From: Nostoc sp.
Lineage (GTDB): Bacteria; Cyanobacteriota; Cyanobacteriia; Cyanobacteriales; Nostocaceae
DNA length: 64,000 nt
Assembly: GCA_036918135.1 (NCBI GenBank)
Contig: JBALDB010000039.1
Location: 88,068 to 152,067 of the forward strand
Reading direction: 5' to 3'
Shown: positions 42,286 to 52,375 of the stretch, piece after piece
Position numbering within the stretch: the stretch's first letter is position 1
Layout: the number at the start of each line of letters is the position of its first letter
The notes under the pieces: model-generated
Seen by the model: only the letters and a program-made list of their open reading frames with translations
The model's database searches: none
Told to the model about the DNA's origin: nothing
Position numbers and translations under genes: made by a program

Positions 42286-45039
42286 TCATAGCCAATTACC
42301 GACTAAAACGTAGGGTGCCCAATAAAAGGGATGTTCTTGATAGTTCTGGAAAATGAACTCCTGGGCGCGACGCAGGGCTTCTGATTTACTCATGGCAGGA
42401 TTATTTTTTAACTGGCGATAGAACTCGCTCATCAAGATGGCAGTCGATTTATCGTCTACTTTCCACAAAGAAGCAAGGGTAGTACGTGCCCCAGAACGCA
42501 CAGCGACACCCGCTAATCCCAAAGCAGCGCGTTTGTCTCCAGTAGCTGTTTCACAGGCACTTAAAACGAGTAATTCGATTGGAGAAGGTACTTGAGATGC
42601 ACGTCCCACCACTGGTTCTCTGGTTTCCAATACCTCACGCAATTGCTTAACATTAATCTTGCCATTCCAGGTAAGAATAAATGTATCTTCCTGTTCGGAA
42701 CTAAATTTGCCGTGAGTTGCCAAGTGTACTATAGGGTAAGAAAGAGAACTGACTTGCTTTTCAATGATTTTATTGGTAAAGGCTTGGTCGATGAATTCTT
42801 TAGAGGGAATAACTGCTTGGATTTCCTTGAATTCATCGGCGACATTTGGTAGAGAACTAAAACCGAAGCGTGATTGAGTTAGTCCACCAATTAAAGCCTC
42901 AAATCGTTTTGGTTTTGATTTGGGTTCTAGCAGTTGCAAACCAGGAGATAAGGCAACGCTGTAGTTTTCTATGAGATATTGCTTGCCATCGTAGAGGGCT
43001 GCCATCGGAATATTCCGCAAGGAACCATCTAATACAAACACTAGAGTTTTGATTTGACTTTGAGCCAAGTCTGCCTCTAAAGGTTTGATTAACCAATTGT
43101 ATACTTGTTGAGAAAGCGCTTGGCGATCGCTAAATGTATAGCGTTGTCTGAGCTTTTTTTGTAACTGTTCTAGTACTGTCTCGACTTCGCTTCTTGGTTT
43201 GTAAGTCCTGTAGTGATGAAGTTGCTCTATACGCGGCAACTTGACAATCACCTCCACACGGTCTGCCAAAATAATTGGATAGATGACTGCTGTGGCAGGA
43301 TTAGCATTATCAACCACTTCATCAATTGGGGTTGGTTGAACAATTGAACAGGCATCTCGAAAAAAGTTGTCTAGTTCAGCCAACTGTAACGCTTCAATTA
43401 CATCACGAGCTTGTTTTAAGTTTTTCAGACTCGGTTTCTCAGGTTGCAACAATAAACCAACTAGCTGCCGATATACTGGTTCTACGCGATCGCGCAAGTC
43501 AAACTGAATATCAGGATTGAGGGACACCAAATCAGTACGTAAAGACTTGAGAGTGGTTACTGCTTCAGTGTAAGCTGCCACTGCTGCTTGGGAATTTCCC
43601 TGTGCCAAGAGTAGACGACCTAACTGCCATTGCCATTCAAAGGCTATATCTGATGCATCAATTACCTGTGCCAGGTTCAAGGCTTGTTCGGTGTATTGCC
43701 GAGCCAGCGATAATTGTTTAGTCTGTTCGTATAGCTGACCCAAATTACCTAATGCGTAAGACTCAGACCTTTGGTCTTGCAAGTCTTGGGCTTGTTGAAC
43801 AGCTGTTGTTAATATCTGAGAAATTTTATCTTGATTGAAAAGGGACTTTTCTTGTGTTTTTGTCTTTTGACTTACTTGATTGAGACATCCTAAACTCCGG
43901 GCAAAATTTACCTGAGCATAGACTACGGCTCGACTTGGGGTGAGAGCGGTTAGATTAGATTGTAATAATTCTAACTCTTGATTTGAGAGATTTTGCCCAA
44001 GAGATAGTAATACAGTTAATCGATTGAGTTGGGCTTGAATTTTAGCGATCGCTGATGTAGATTTACTTGCACTTTTATAATATAAGTCTGCGGCATTTTG
44101 ATAATATGTTTTAGCATTTTCTGAAATCACACCGTGGTTACAATCTAGTGGCAGAGGATTTTCCTCACTGCTGGCGTTACGTTGTAGACTTTTGTTGCCA
44201 AAACTATATAAAGTATTACCTAAGCTCAATAAAGTAGCGCTTTCCTCTTGAGGCGATCGTAGACTTTGAGCCATTGCTAAACTTTGCTCAAGTAGCTGCT
44301 GAGACTTTTCTAGCTCGCCCCTTACTCTTAAGGTATTGCCTAAACTACGTAATCCTAAAACTTTCAGTAGAGAGTTTGGCTGTGCTTGCAGATTTTGCTC
44401 CACTTGCTCCCAAATATTCATCATTCGGGTAGAAAATCCCAAAGATTCAAGAGCTGTAGCTTGGTTAATTAAACTACCAATATGACCTGCTGTATCGCCG
44501 ATTTGAGTATAGGTTTTAGCTGCTTGTTGCCATGATTCTAAAGCTAATTCAGCTTGTCCTAGTGCTAGTTGTAAACTACCTTGAGTATTGAGAGCAAGAG
44601 CTAAAATGTGTTCTGCTTCCTTAGTACTGGGCTTTGCTTGAGTAAGTAACTTTAAACTGCTAGAAGTTGATGCCTTTGCTTGGTTCCATTGTCCTAGTTT
44701 CTGTTGTGTTAAAGAGAGATAGCTTAACGCTAAAGCTTGGTTTAACTTATCTCCTTGGGATTCATATATCTGTGCAGCTTGCTGCAAGCTTTCTGCTGCC
44801 TGAGTAAATTTTTCTGTTTGGTAAAAAGTTCTGCCTTGTTGTATTAGTTGTTCAACGTTTGTTAATGCTGGGACTTTTTCTATAATTGACTGTTCTGAAA
44901 AACGAGTAAGTTTAGATTCGGCCGGAAGGATATGAAAACTTAAGGTAAAAATTAGCCCCAACACAGCTAAAAGGAAAATTCGCAATCTGCGTTGCCACGT
45001 TTGGTTTGTATAGAGGTATAAACGCACTTTTCTTGGCAT
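42286..45039 (-). CDS. Exported TPR-CHAT (caspase-like) peptidase
   Basis: N-terminal signal/TM; TPR helices; VHLATHG and LLVLSACET catalytic dyad; HPFYWAPYVLVGNW C-terminus. Confidence 0.93.
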   Translation of the reverse strand: MPRKVRLYLYTNQTWQRRLRIFLLAVLGLIFTLSFHILPAESKLTRFSEQSIIEKVPALTNVEQLIQQGRTFYQTEKFTQAAESLQQAAQIYESQGDKLNQALALSYLSLTQQKLGQWNQAKASTSSSLKLLTQAKPSTKEAEHILALALNTQGSLQLALGQAELALESWQQAAKTYTQIGDTAGHIGSLINQATALESLGFSTRMMNIWEQVEQNLQAQPNSLLKVLGLRSLGNTLRVRGELEKSQQLLEQSLAMAQSLRSPQEESATLLSLGNTLYSFGNKSLQRNASSEENPLPLDCNHGVISENAKTYYQNAADLYYKSASKSTSAIAKIQAQLNRLTVLLSLGQNLSNQELELLQSNLTALTPSRAVVYAQVNFARSLGCLNQVSQKTKTQEKSLFNQDKISQILTTAVQQAQDLQDQRSESYALGNLGQLYEQTKQLSLARQYTEQALNLAQVIDASDIAFEWQWQLGRLLLAQGNSQAAVAAYTEAVTTLKSLRTDLVSLNPDIQFDLRDRVEPVYRQLVGLLLQPEKPSLKNLKQARDVIEALQLAELDNFFRDACSIVQPTPIDEVVDNANPATAVIYPIILADRVEVIVKLPRIEQLHHYRTYKPRSEVETVLEQLQKKLRQRYTFSDRQALSQQVYNWLIKPLEADLAQSQIKTLVFVLDGSLRNIPMAALYDGKQYLIENYSVALSPGLQLLEPKSKPKRFEALIGGLTQSRFGFSSLPNVADEFKEIQAVIPSKEFIDQAFTNKIIEKQVSSLSYPIVHLATHGKFSSEQEDTFILTWNGKINVKQLREVLETREPVVGRASQVPSPIELLVLSACETATGDKRAALGLAGVAVRSGARTTLASLWKVDDKSTAILMSEFYRQLKNNPAMSKSEALRRAQEFIFQNYQEHPFYWAPYVLVGNWL

Positions 45040-45152
45040 ATCTTATTTCTTTAAAGCGAGTTGTGAGCAGACGGCTATCAGGCTAAATGCAGGAGAAGTG
45101 CTTTCGGTAACGGGGCAACAGCTTCACCTTGAAGGTAAGGGAGCGATCGCTC

Positions 45153-46247
45153 TCATTTAAAAGTTACAGGTTGCCAGACAAACTGGCCAGAATGATTAAT
45201 ATAACCTTCACTGGCTGCATTAACTTTTACATAAGCTAGTCCATTTCTAAAACGTGACGCCTTCTGAAATTTTGGTTCGATAGTTAGCGAACCACTTCTA
45301 TTGATGTAACCCCATTTATCCTTGATTTTGACAGATGCTAACCCTTCAGAAAATAGTTCTGCTGTTTCTATCTTAGGATTAGGGGGGATAGCAACCTTTC
45401 CATGCATATCAATATAACCACATCCAAACAATTTTTGATTAGGTAACTTTAAGCCTACTGGTAATAATCCTTCTACAAATCCCTTGACAAAACTTTGCTC
45501 ATCATCATTACAACCCAAGCTTAGTTGATTTTTTAGCACCTTTCCTGTTTTGTCAATTAACATATAGTTATGTTTGGTAACTATAGCTCTGTTCATTACA
45601 AAGTCAGTTCCACTCTCATATAAGGCTTCAAAGGGAATTTTTAATTTTCCTGAGCGCTCAATATACCCTACCAATGCTTCTTTATCAGAATATGTTCCAA
45701 CTTTGACAAATGCCAAGCCATCGGAAAAACCTCTAACATCATCAAATTTTGGCTCAATAGCTATCTCTCCTTTAGTATTAATAAAGCCCCATTTCCCTTT
45801 TACTTCTACAGGAGTTAATCCTTCCTTGAAGCCCCCAATAAATCTCCAATTTTCCTTGGGCTGAATTACTACGTTACCCCGCTGATTGATAAAGATAGGT
45901 GACTCTTCTCCTGAATAAACTAATGCTAGTTTTTCTGAAAACGGATGAACGCGAGTGTATCTTGGCGAAATTACAAACTCACCTTTATGATTGATAAAAC
46001 CCCAACTTTCTCCAACCTTTACAGCTGCCAAGCCATCATAAAAAAGTTGTGCATCTCGAAACTGTTGTTTAATAACTACTTGACCAGCTTCATTGATAAA
46101 GCCGACTCCATCATTGGTTCTGATAATGGAAAACTTCACAGGCTCAGAAGAGATTTGAGGAATATCTCCACTTCCACCGCACCCAAATATAAAGATGAGA
46201 TGACTAATGAGAAATAAAGTTCCAATTTTGCTTTTTTTCACGCTCAT
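45153..46247 (-). CDS. WG-repeat (KWG-type) lipoprotein
   Basis: Lipobox IFGC; repeated FSEGLAxV...KWG(F/Y)IN..G...I.PKF units. Confidence 0.88.
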   Translation of the reverse strand: MSVKKSKIGTLFLISHLIFIFGCGGSGDIPQISSEPVKFSIIRTNDGVGFINEAGQVVIKQQFRDAQLFYDGLAAVKVGESWGFINHKGEFVISPRYTRVHPFSEKLALVYSGEESPIFINQRGNVVIQPKENWRFIGGFKEGLTPVEVKGKWGFINTKGEIAIEPKFDDVRGFSDGLAFVKVGTYSDKEALVGYIERSGKLKIPFEALYESGTDFVMNRAIVTKHNYMLIDKTGKVLKNQLSLGCNDDEQSFVKGFVEGLLPVGLKLPNQKLFGCGYIDMHGKVAIPPNPKIETAELFSEGLASVKIKDKWGYINRSGSLTIEPKFQKASRFRNGLAYVKVNAASEGYINHSGQFVWQPVTFK

Positions 46248-46462
46248 TTCTCTGTTCTCAAATTTCTGGGTGTATTGTATAGCAGATTGTCATCTTAAGA
46301 AAATTAGTGGAACTTAGACAAAAAACACACAGAAAAGAACTTAAAATCTATATACAGACAGACTTTGACATCGTTTTACTTGGTTGATTACTATACTAAA
46401 AACATAACGAATAGCTCAGGGCTACTGAAAGCCACCGGCTTCTAGCCGTAGAGTTATTTACT

Positions 46463-48709
46463 TCAGCCCTCACTACGGATTAATTGCGAATAATATCCTT
46501 CGACTTGTTGCAATTCTTCATGAGTACCGCGTTGCATAACTTTTCCGCGTTCGAGGACAATAATTTCATCGCAATCGCGGATAGTACTCAGCCGATGCGC
46601 CACGATAATACAGGTACATCCCCGTTGACGTAGTTTTTGGTCAATAATTTTTTCTGTTTCAGTATCCAGGGCGCTGGTTGCTTCATCCACAATCAGAATA
46701 GAGGGGTTGTTAACCAAAGCACGAGCAATTTCCAAACGCTGTCTTTGACCACCGCTTAAATTAGCAGCTCCTTCTAAGAGTTTACTATCATAGCCTCCAG
46801 GTAGGGAGAGTATAACATCGTGAATCGCTGCATCTTGACATGCTTGCACTAAAGAACTTTCAGGTACAGTAGTGTCCCAAAGGGTCAAATTGTCCCTGAC
46901 GCTACCAGCAAATAGTAAAATATTTTGCTCTACGAAGGCGATAGAATTGGCTATGACTTGGCGAGGAATTTGGTTTCTGGGTTTGCCATCAAACTTAATT
47001 TCTCCTTGAGTTGGTTGATACAGCCCACATATAAGTTTGGCAATGGTAGATTTACCAGAACTACTCTTACCAATCAAAGCAACTCGCTGTCCTGGTTTAA
47101 TTGATAAATTAAAGTTTTCAATTATAGGAGTTTCAACTTCGCCGTAACTAAATGTCACATTCTCCAACTTGACATACCCCTGCAATTTCGGTTGAAGGTA
47201 ATCAGCAAAAACTTTCGCTTCTGCTTGCTGTGTTTCCTCTGCAAACTCAGAAACTACCGGATTTTGCAAAACATCATCCAAGCGATTTAGGCTACCCTCA
47301 ACTTCTTGGAGGTCGCTACCAAGACTAACGAGATTATTCACAGGTTCCATAAAACTTTGCATCAGTCCTTGAAATGCTACTAGCATTCCGATACTCAGGT
47401 TCCCATCCATAACCCGCAGTCCACCAATAACTAAAACTAGCATCGATGTAATTGTTGATAGGAACGAGGGCAAAATTCCCAAAGTCTGATTAGTTATATT
47501 TACTTCCTGATGTGCGTTAATCGCTTTGGCATAATAACCCGCCCAGCGAGCAAAGAAATCAGATTCTAACCCGGATGCTTTCAGGGTTTCCATACTTTGC
47601 AGACCAGAAATAGCTACCCCGCTAACTTTTCCATGCTCCTGGATTAATCTAAGATTAGCGTCTACACGCCAGCGAGAGATTTTGTGCAAAGCCAGGAGAT
47701 TTATGGCGACAAAGAGAATCCCAATTGAAGTCAACACGGCATCGTATTGCAGCATCACAATAGCATAAAAAATTACCATGACTGCGGCGATCGCTGTTGT
47801 GGCTAACTTCCCTGAAAGTAGATTGGCTAATTTATCGTTCAGGTGGATGCGGCTGCTAATTTCTCCAGCAAATCTGCAATCGTAAAAACTTACAGGTAAG
47901 CGCAGAATGTGCCATAGAAATCGGCTGGACATACCCACAGATAACTTAATTTTCATTCGGCGCAGAAACTTTAACTGTAGTAATGTCAACAGTCCATTGA
48001 TGATTGCTGTCAGTATCATTCCTAACAAAAGTGGTCGTAACCAATCTTGCCTATTTTGCACCAAAACATTATCTACAAACATTTGGGAGAATATAGGTGA
48101 TGCCAGTCCGGGAATCACCAGTAAAAATCCAGCACAAATACAGAAAGCAAGTACCTCACCAGACCCTTGCAGACGTTCCCGCAAACTTAGAAGAACATTA
48201 GGTTTGCTACCACCTTTTTTGAACTCTTGACTAGGTGTAAAAAGTAGTACAACACCTGTAAAACTTGTATCAAATTCTTCCAAAGATACAGTCCTCGGCC
48301 CAGTTGCGGGGTCATTGATGTAAACTTGCTTGTTACTAAATCCCTCTACAATTAAGTAATGGTTAAAATTCCAAAAAACGATGTAAGGGCATTGCAACTG
48401 TCGCAGTCCATCCAAGTCTGCTTTCATACCTTTGGCATTCAAGCCGTAACTTCTACCAGCCTTGAGTATATTTACAGCTCTACTGCCATCCCGCGATACC
48501 CCGCAATCTTGACGCAATTGCGGTAGGGGTACAATCCGACCGTAGTAACCTAGAATAATTCCCAAAGCAGCAGCACCACATTCTACCGCCTCCATCTGCA
48601 AAACAGTTGGGGTACGACGGCGAATTTTTCTAAATCCAGAAGCGATCGCACTAGAAATAGGACGGCGATTATTTTTCTTTGTAAATTTCACTTGTGGTTG
48701 TGACAACAT
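46463..48709 (-). CDS. NHLP bacteriocin export ABC transporter with C39 peptidase (LanT-like)
   Basis: QMEAVECGAAAL (catalytic Cys), WNFNHY, INDPA; membrane domain; GKSSSGKS, LSGGQRQR, DEATSALD. Confidence 0.94.
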   Translation of the reverse strand: MLSQPQVKFTKKNNRRPISSAIASGFRKIRRRTPTVLQMEAVECGAAALGIILGYYGRIVPLPQLRQDCGVSRDGSRAVNILKAGRSYGLNAKGMKADLDGLRQLQCPYIVFWNFNHYLIVEGFSNKQVYINDPATGPRTVSLEEFDTSFTGVVLLFTPSQEFKKGGSKPNVLLSLRERLQGSGEVLAFCICAGFLLVIPGLASPIFSQMFVDNVLVQNRQDWLRPLLLGMILTAIINGLLTLLQLKFLRRMKIKLSVGMSSRFLWHILRLPVSFYDCRFAGEISSRIHLNDKLANLLSGKLATTAIAAVMVIFYAIVMLQYDAVLTSIGILFVAINLLALHKISRWRVDANLRLIQEHGKVSGVAISGLQSMETLKASGLESDFFARWAGYYAKAINAHQEVNITNQTLGILPSFLSTITSMLVLVIGGLRVMDGNLSIGMLVAFQGLMQSFMEPVNNLVSLGSDLQEVEGSLNRLDDVLQNPVVSEFAEETQQAEAKVFADYLQPKLQGYVKLENVTFSYGEVETPIIENFNLSIKPGQRVALIGKSSSGKSTIAKLICGLYQPTQGEIKFDGKPRNQIPRQVIANSIAFVEQNILLFAGSVRDNLTLWDTTVPESSLVQACQDAAIHDVILSLPGGYDSKLLEGAANLSGGQRQRLEIARALVNNPSILIVDEATSALDTETEKIIDQKLRQRGCTCIIVAHRLSTIRDCDEIIVLERGKVMQRGTHEELQQVEGYYSQLIRSEG

Positions 48710-48724
48710 TTTTGTTATGTGAGG

Positions 48725-50164
48725 TTAATTTATACCAGTTAAAGACTTGAGAAAAGGAAAGATAAAGCTGATAGGCGCTCTTTCCTCTGTAGTGACTCTG
48801 ACGCTAGTGGTGGTTCCTGAAGAAACTTTCATCTGAACACCTTTTGAAGAAGACCACTTATATCCGCTAAAGGTTGAGTTATCTGGCTGTAACTGTGCGT
48901 CAACTTGAATTTGCGGCCCTTGAGCCATTAAGCTTTCTACAATCTCTGCATTACCGATCGCATTTAAAGCACCCTCTTTAGTCATGGGAAAAGCTGAAAC
49001 ATGGGTTACAGTACCCACAATGCCGCCAAATCGTTCGCGCTCTACTGTGGAAGGTGTAATTTGTACCTTCATTCCCTTGTGAATTTTCTTACCATCACCA
49101 ACAGGAAGGAAAGTCAGACCAATGAGTTTAGCAGATGGTTCCTCTGCTTGGATGACGGCGATGGAGGTTCCTGGAGAAAGAATTTGCCCAAAAGATGTAC
49201 TAATTTCTAAAACCCGTCCGTTGTACTCGCTAATAATTTGACTGTTTTGATTTAATTGGACTTGTAATTGGGCAATGTTTCGCTTGACTTCTTGGATTTG
49301 ATTTTGTCGGTTGGTTGCAGTGTCAAAATCTTGCTCAATTTTAGTTTTTTCGTTAGTATCGAGTTCTTGTAGCTGCGATTGGAAATCATTAATTTGGCTG
49401 AAGTTTTCGCGGTAGGATTTTTCAATTTCCACCTGCTGGACATCAAGTTGTTTGAGTTGAACATCAATATCAGACACTTTTTTAACAGCGTCCAGGTATG
49501 CTTGTTGTTCCTGCAAAAGGTTTTGCTGAGAAATTCCTCCTTCTACTTGCAGCTTTTTGAGTCCCTCATATATTTTGCGTTGAGCGGGAATCATACTCAG
49601 GGCGATCGCCCGACTTTGGAGTAAGTTTTGCTTTTGTACTTGCAGAGAACTGAGACCTCTATTTCTCAAAATAGGAGTCAAGCTGGTTGCTTGTTGGAGA
49701 CGTTGCTGGAGATTGAGACGTTGCTGGGCGATCGCTCTTTTTTCTTGTAGCTTGCGTTCCCCTTGCAGCAAGTTAGAACTGTAATTCTGGGATTGTAATT
49801 GGGCTAGCTTGGCACGCTGCTGCTGTAATTGGCTTTGCAATTCAGCTTGATCGATGATTGCTAGCACCTGTCCTTTTTTTACATACTCACCAACATTAAC
49901 ATTCATCGCCACAATTCGTCCGGAAGCTGGCGCTTGCAACGATACAACCTTGCTTGGATAAACTAACACCCCCTGTCCTGAAACCGCGATCGGTATACGA
50001 CCAACAATACTCCAAGTAACTGCCGTTGCTACCAACGAGCCAAGGGCAGCTAAAGACAACCAATGCATCGGCTGGATCACTTTCATAACCTGATCCAAGC
50101 GTTCCGGGGAAGATAAATTGTCTAAAGCTTTTTTTCGGAAAAGGTTATTTGTTTGTGTAACCAT
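48725..50164 (-). CDS. NHLP bacteriocin system secretion protein (HlyD-like membrane fusion protein)
   Basis: LFRKKALDNLSSPERLD N-terminus, TM, coiled coil, SGYKWSSSKG, ERAPISF; start reassigned to ATG 50164. Confidence 0.92.
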   Translation of the reverse strand: MVTQTNNLFRKKALDNLSSPERLDQVMKVIQPMHWLSLAALGSLVATAVTWSIVGRIPIAVSGQGVLVYPSKVVSLQAPASGRIVAMNVNVGEYVKKGQVLAIIDQAELQSQLQQQRAKLAQLQSQNYSSNLLQGERKLQEKRAIAQQRLNLQQRLQQATSLTPILRNRGLSSLQVQKQNLLQSRAIALSMIPAQRKIYEGLKKLQVEGGISQQNLLQEQQAYLDAVKKVSDIDVQLKQLDVQQVEIEKSYRENFSQINDFQSQLQELDTNEKTKIEQDFDTATNRQNQIQEVKRNIAQLQVQLNQNSQIISEYNGRVLEISTSFGQILSPGTSIAVIQAEEPSAKLIGLTFLPVGDGKKIHKGMKVQITPSTVERERFGGIVGTVTHVSAFPMTKEGALNAIGNAEIVESLMAQGPQIQVDAQLQPDNSTFSGYKWSSSKGVQMKVSSGTTTSVRVTTEERAPISFIFPFLKSLTGIN

Positions 50165-50328
50165 GTGACACCTTCTTAGGGAGATAAGGGGGACGAGGGG
50201 GATAACAATTAATTCTTGATTAGCAATTAACAATTTTTAGAAACTTTCTTCAGCATCGCTATTACCAAGTTATTTAAGTAAAACCTCCGTCATCACTTGA
50301 GTGTGTGATGTTCAAGTCGATTTACCTA

Positions 50329-50360
50329 ACTTATTGGCAACACCTAAGTTGATTTATGCA
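50329..50360 (-). promoter_or_regulatory. Putative alternative-sigma promoter TGCATA-N17-CCAATAAG upstream of the HlyD/C39 exporter operon
   Basis: Minus strand TGCATA AATCAACTTAGGTGTTG CCAATAAGT. Confidence 0.6.
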
Positions 50361-50400
50361 GTTTTGAAATCTTTGGTGTCGAAGAAATTCGACAATTGCT

Positions 50401-50528
50401 TGATGTCACAGGTTTTCAAGCATTTTGATGAAGCTGAACTATTCCTAATTATCTCCAAGGTTGCATATTCTGATTTCACCTCTCCCAAGGAGTGATACAG
50501 AAGGCAGTCAAACAGATTACCTTCAAAC
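50401..50528 (+). promoter_or_regulatory. Conserved upstream block with TGCATA-N17-CCAA motif (copies at about 51411-51497, 53247-53333, 54081-54208, 55233-55358)
   Basis: Near-identical ATTCCTAATTATCTC.AAGGTTGCATATT...CCCAA..AGT.ATAC..AAGGCA block before precursors A1, A2, A4, A5 and, slightly diverged, the dioxygenase. Confidence 0.7.
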
Positions 50529-50569
50529 AAAACATCAAAACAAACAACATCATTATTAGGAGACGGACA

Positions 50570-51205
50570 ATGTTTGAAGTTAAAGCACAAATGCTCACCC
50601 AAGCAGTACAAGATTCACACTTTCGCGGCCGTTTGATTGCTAACCCTCTAGTAGTTGCAGCAGAGAATGGATGGAATATTCCCACTCAAACACAAATAAC
50701 TGTAGTTGAGGAAACACCAAGTCATTACTATCTAGTGCTGCCAGCATTAGCCACTCAAAAAGATTTATTAGGTGAAGATTTGATTGCTAATCAAACAGCA
50801 CAAACACCTGAGAATTCTGATTTGGTAAGCTCAACAGCGCACATACTTGAAATCGAAGTGCAATTGCTTGCACGAGCAGCGCAAGATTATGACTTTCGCA
50901 GTCGTTTGATTGCTGACCCCAAAACTGTAATGGCAGAAAAGGGATTGCATTTTCCAACTAATATCAAAGTCAGTGTATTACAAGAAACTGTAAATCATTA
51001 CTATCTGGTGCTGCCAACTTTAGATTTCTCAGAACTAGAAGCTAACAGAGAATTATCCGATGCAGAACTGGAATTAGTCGCAGGCGGAGCCAATACACAA
51101 AATGGTAGTTGGACAGGCTGTGCTTCCGGACAAAAGGGTTGCGTTGCTACTAAGGGCTGTGATGAAACTGAAACAATCATTATGACAATAGCAGTAGCAT
51201 TATAA
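50570..51205 (+). CDS. NHLP-leader lanthipeptide precursor A1 (core ANTQNGSWTGCASGQKGCVATKGCDETETIIMTIAVAL)
   Basis: Two NHLP domains (FRxRLIAxP...EET...YLVLP), ELSDAELELVAGG cleavage motif, AGGAG RBS; start reassigned to ATG 50570. Confidence 0.93.
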   Translation: MFEVKAQMLTQAVQDSHFRGRLIANPLVVAAENGWNIPTQTQITVVEETPSHYYLVLPALATQKDLLGEDLIANQTAQTPENSDLVSSTAHILEIEVQLLARAAQDYDFRSRLIADPKTVMAEKGLHFPTNIKVSVLQETVNHYYLVLPTLDFSELEANRELSDAELELVAGGANTQNGSWTGCASGQKGCVATKGCDETETIIMTIAVAL

Positions 51206-51543
51206 CAATAAAAACTGGCAAAAATGCTTTTGTTAGTCGTTGTCTCAAACAAAATAAATTGTGATTTTCAAGAGTAAAAGGTTGTTTTAGAAGTTGAATA
51301 TATCATGACTCTTACTAGAAAAACTTACTCTGTAAAAATTGGAATTTATACGCTTCTTGTTGAGATGGGGTCTGAATCCCCATCCGAACATTTCCCTGCT
51401 CTGCCTCTGAATTCCTAATTATCTCAAAGGTTGCATATTCTAATTTAACTTCTCCCAATGAGTAATACACAAGGCAGTAAACGATTACCTTCAAACTCCA
51501 TCAAACATCAAAAACAAACAACATCATTATTAGGAGACGGACA

Positions 51544-52167
51544 ATGTTTGAAATTAAAGCACAAATGCTCACCCAAGCAGTACAAGATTCACACTTTCGC
51601 AGTCGTTTAATTGCTGACCCTCTAGCAGTTGCAGCAGAGAATGGATGGGATATTCCCACTCAAACACAAATGACTGTAGTTGAGGAAACACCAAGTCATT
51701 ACTACTTAGTGCTGCCAGCATTAGCCACTCAAAAAGATTTATTAGGAGAAGATTTGATTGCTAATCAAACAGCACAAACCCCTGAGAATTCTTCTTTGGT
51801 AAGCTCAACAGGTCACATGCTTGAAATTGAAGTGCAATTGCTCGTACGGGCAGCACAAGATTGTGACTTTCGTAATCGTTTGATTGCTGACCCCAAGACT
51901 GTGATGGCACAAAAGGGTTTGAATTTTCCAACTGATATCCAAGTCAGTGTATTACAAGAAACTGCAAATCATTACTATCTGGTGCTGCCAGCTTTAGACT
52001 TCTCTGAATTAGAAGTTAACAGAGAATTATCTGATGCAGAACTGGAATTAGTTGCAGGGGGAGGTAATTCGCAGAATCACAGTTGGACAGGCTGTGCTTC
52101 CGGGCAAAAAGGTTGCGTTGCTACTAACGGCTGTAAAGAGGCTGGTGATGCCTTCGGAGTCGGATGA
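51544..52167 (+). CDS. NHLP-leader lanthipeptide precursor A2 (core GNSQNHSWTGCASGQKGCVATNGCKEAGDAFGVG)
   Basis: As A1. Confidence 0.93.
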   Translation: MFEIKAQMLTQAVQDSHFRSRLIADPLAVAAENGWDIPTQTQMTVVEETPSHYYLVLPALATQKDLLGEDLIANQTAQTPENSSLVSSTGHMLEIEVQLLVRAAQDCDFRNRLIADPKTVMAQKGLNFPTDIQVSVLQETANHYYLVLPALDFSELEVNRELSDAELELVAGGGNSQNHSWTGCASGQKGCVATNGCKEAGDAFGVG

Positions 52168-52297
52168 AGAATTGAAATTAGTCGCAGGGGGAACTGATAC
52201 CCAAAATCACAGTTAGACAGGCTGTACTTCTGGGCGAAAAGATTGCGTTGCTTTTTATGACTGTAATGAGGCTAGTGAAATCTTTCTTGCTGATTAG
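52160..52297 (+). pseudogene. Remnant of a sixth precursor (leader end plus core, with nonsense codon)
   Basis: Translates as SDEELKLVAGG-TDTQNHS*TGCTSGRKDCVAFYDCNEASEIFLAD*; TGG changed to TAG at 52214-52216; no start or NHLP domains. Confidence 0.85.
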
Positions 52298-52375
52298 CAA
52301 TACAGAAGGTAATCGTTTGACTACCTTCAAACTCCATCAAACATCAAAAACAAACAACATCTTAGGAGACCGACA

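Noticed and set aside
50492..50569. N-terminal extensions of A1 and A5 (also 54172-54249) given by the ORF track
   Set aside because: They translate the conserved promoter/5' UTR block; the AGGAG RBS and alignment with A2-A4 place the starts at 50570 and 54250
52214..52216. Programmed stop read-through or frameshift producing a two-core A2 precursor
   Set aside because: It would need both a +1 shift and TAG read-through, and the remnant core has several other substitutions; decay is simpler
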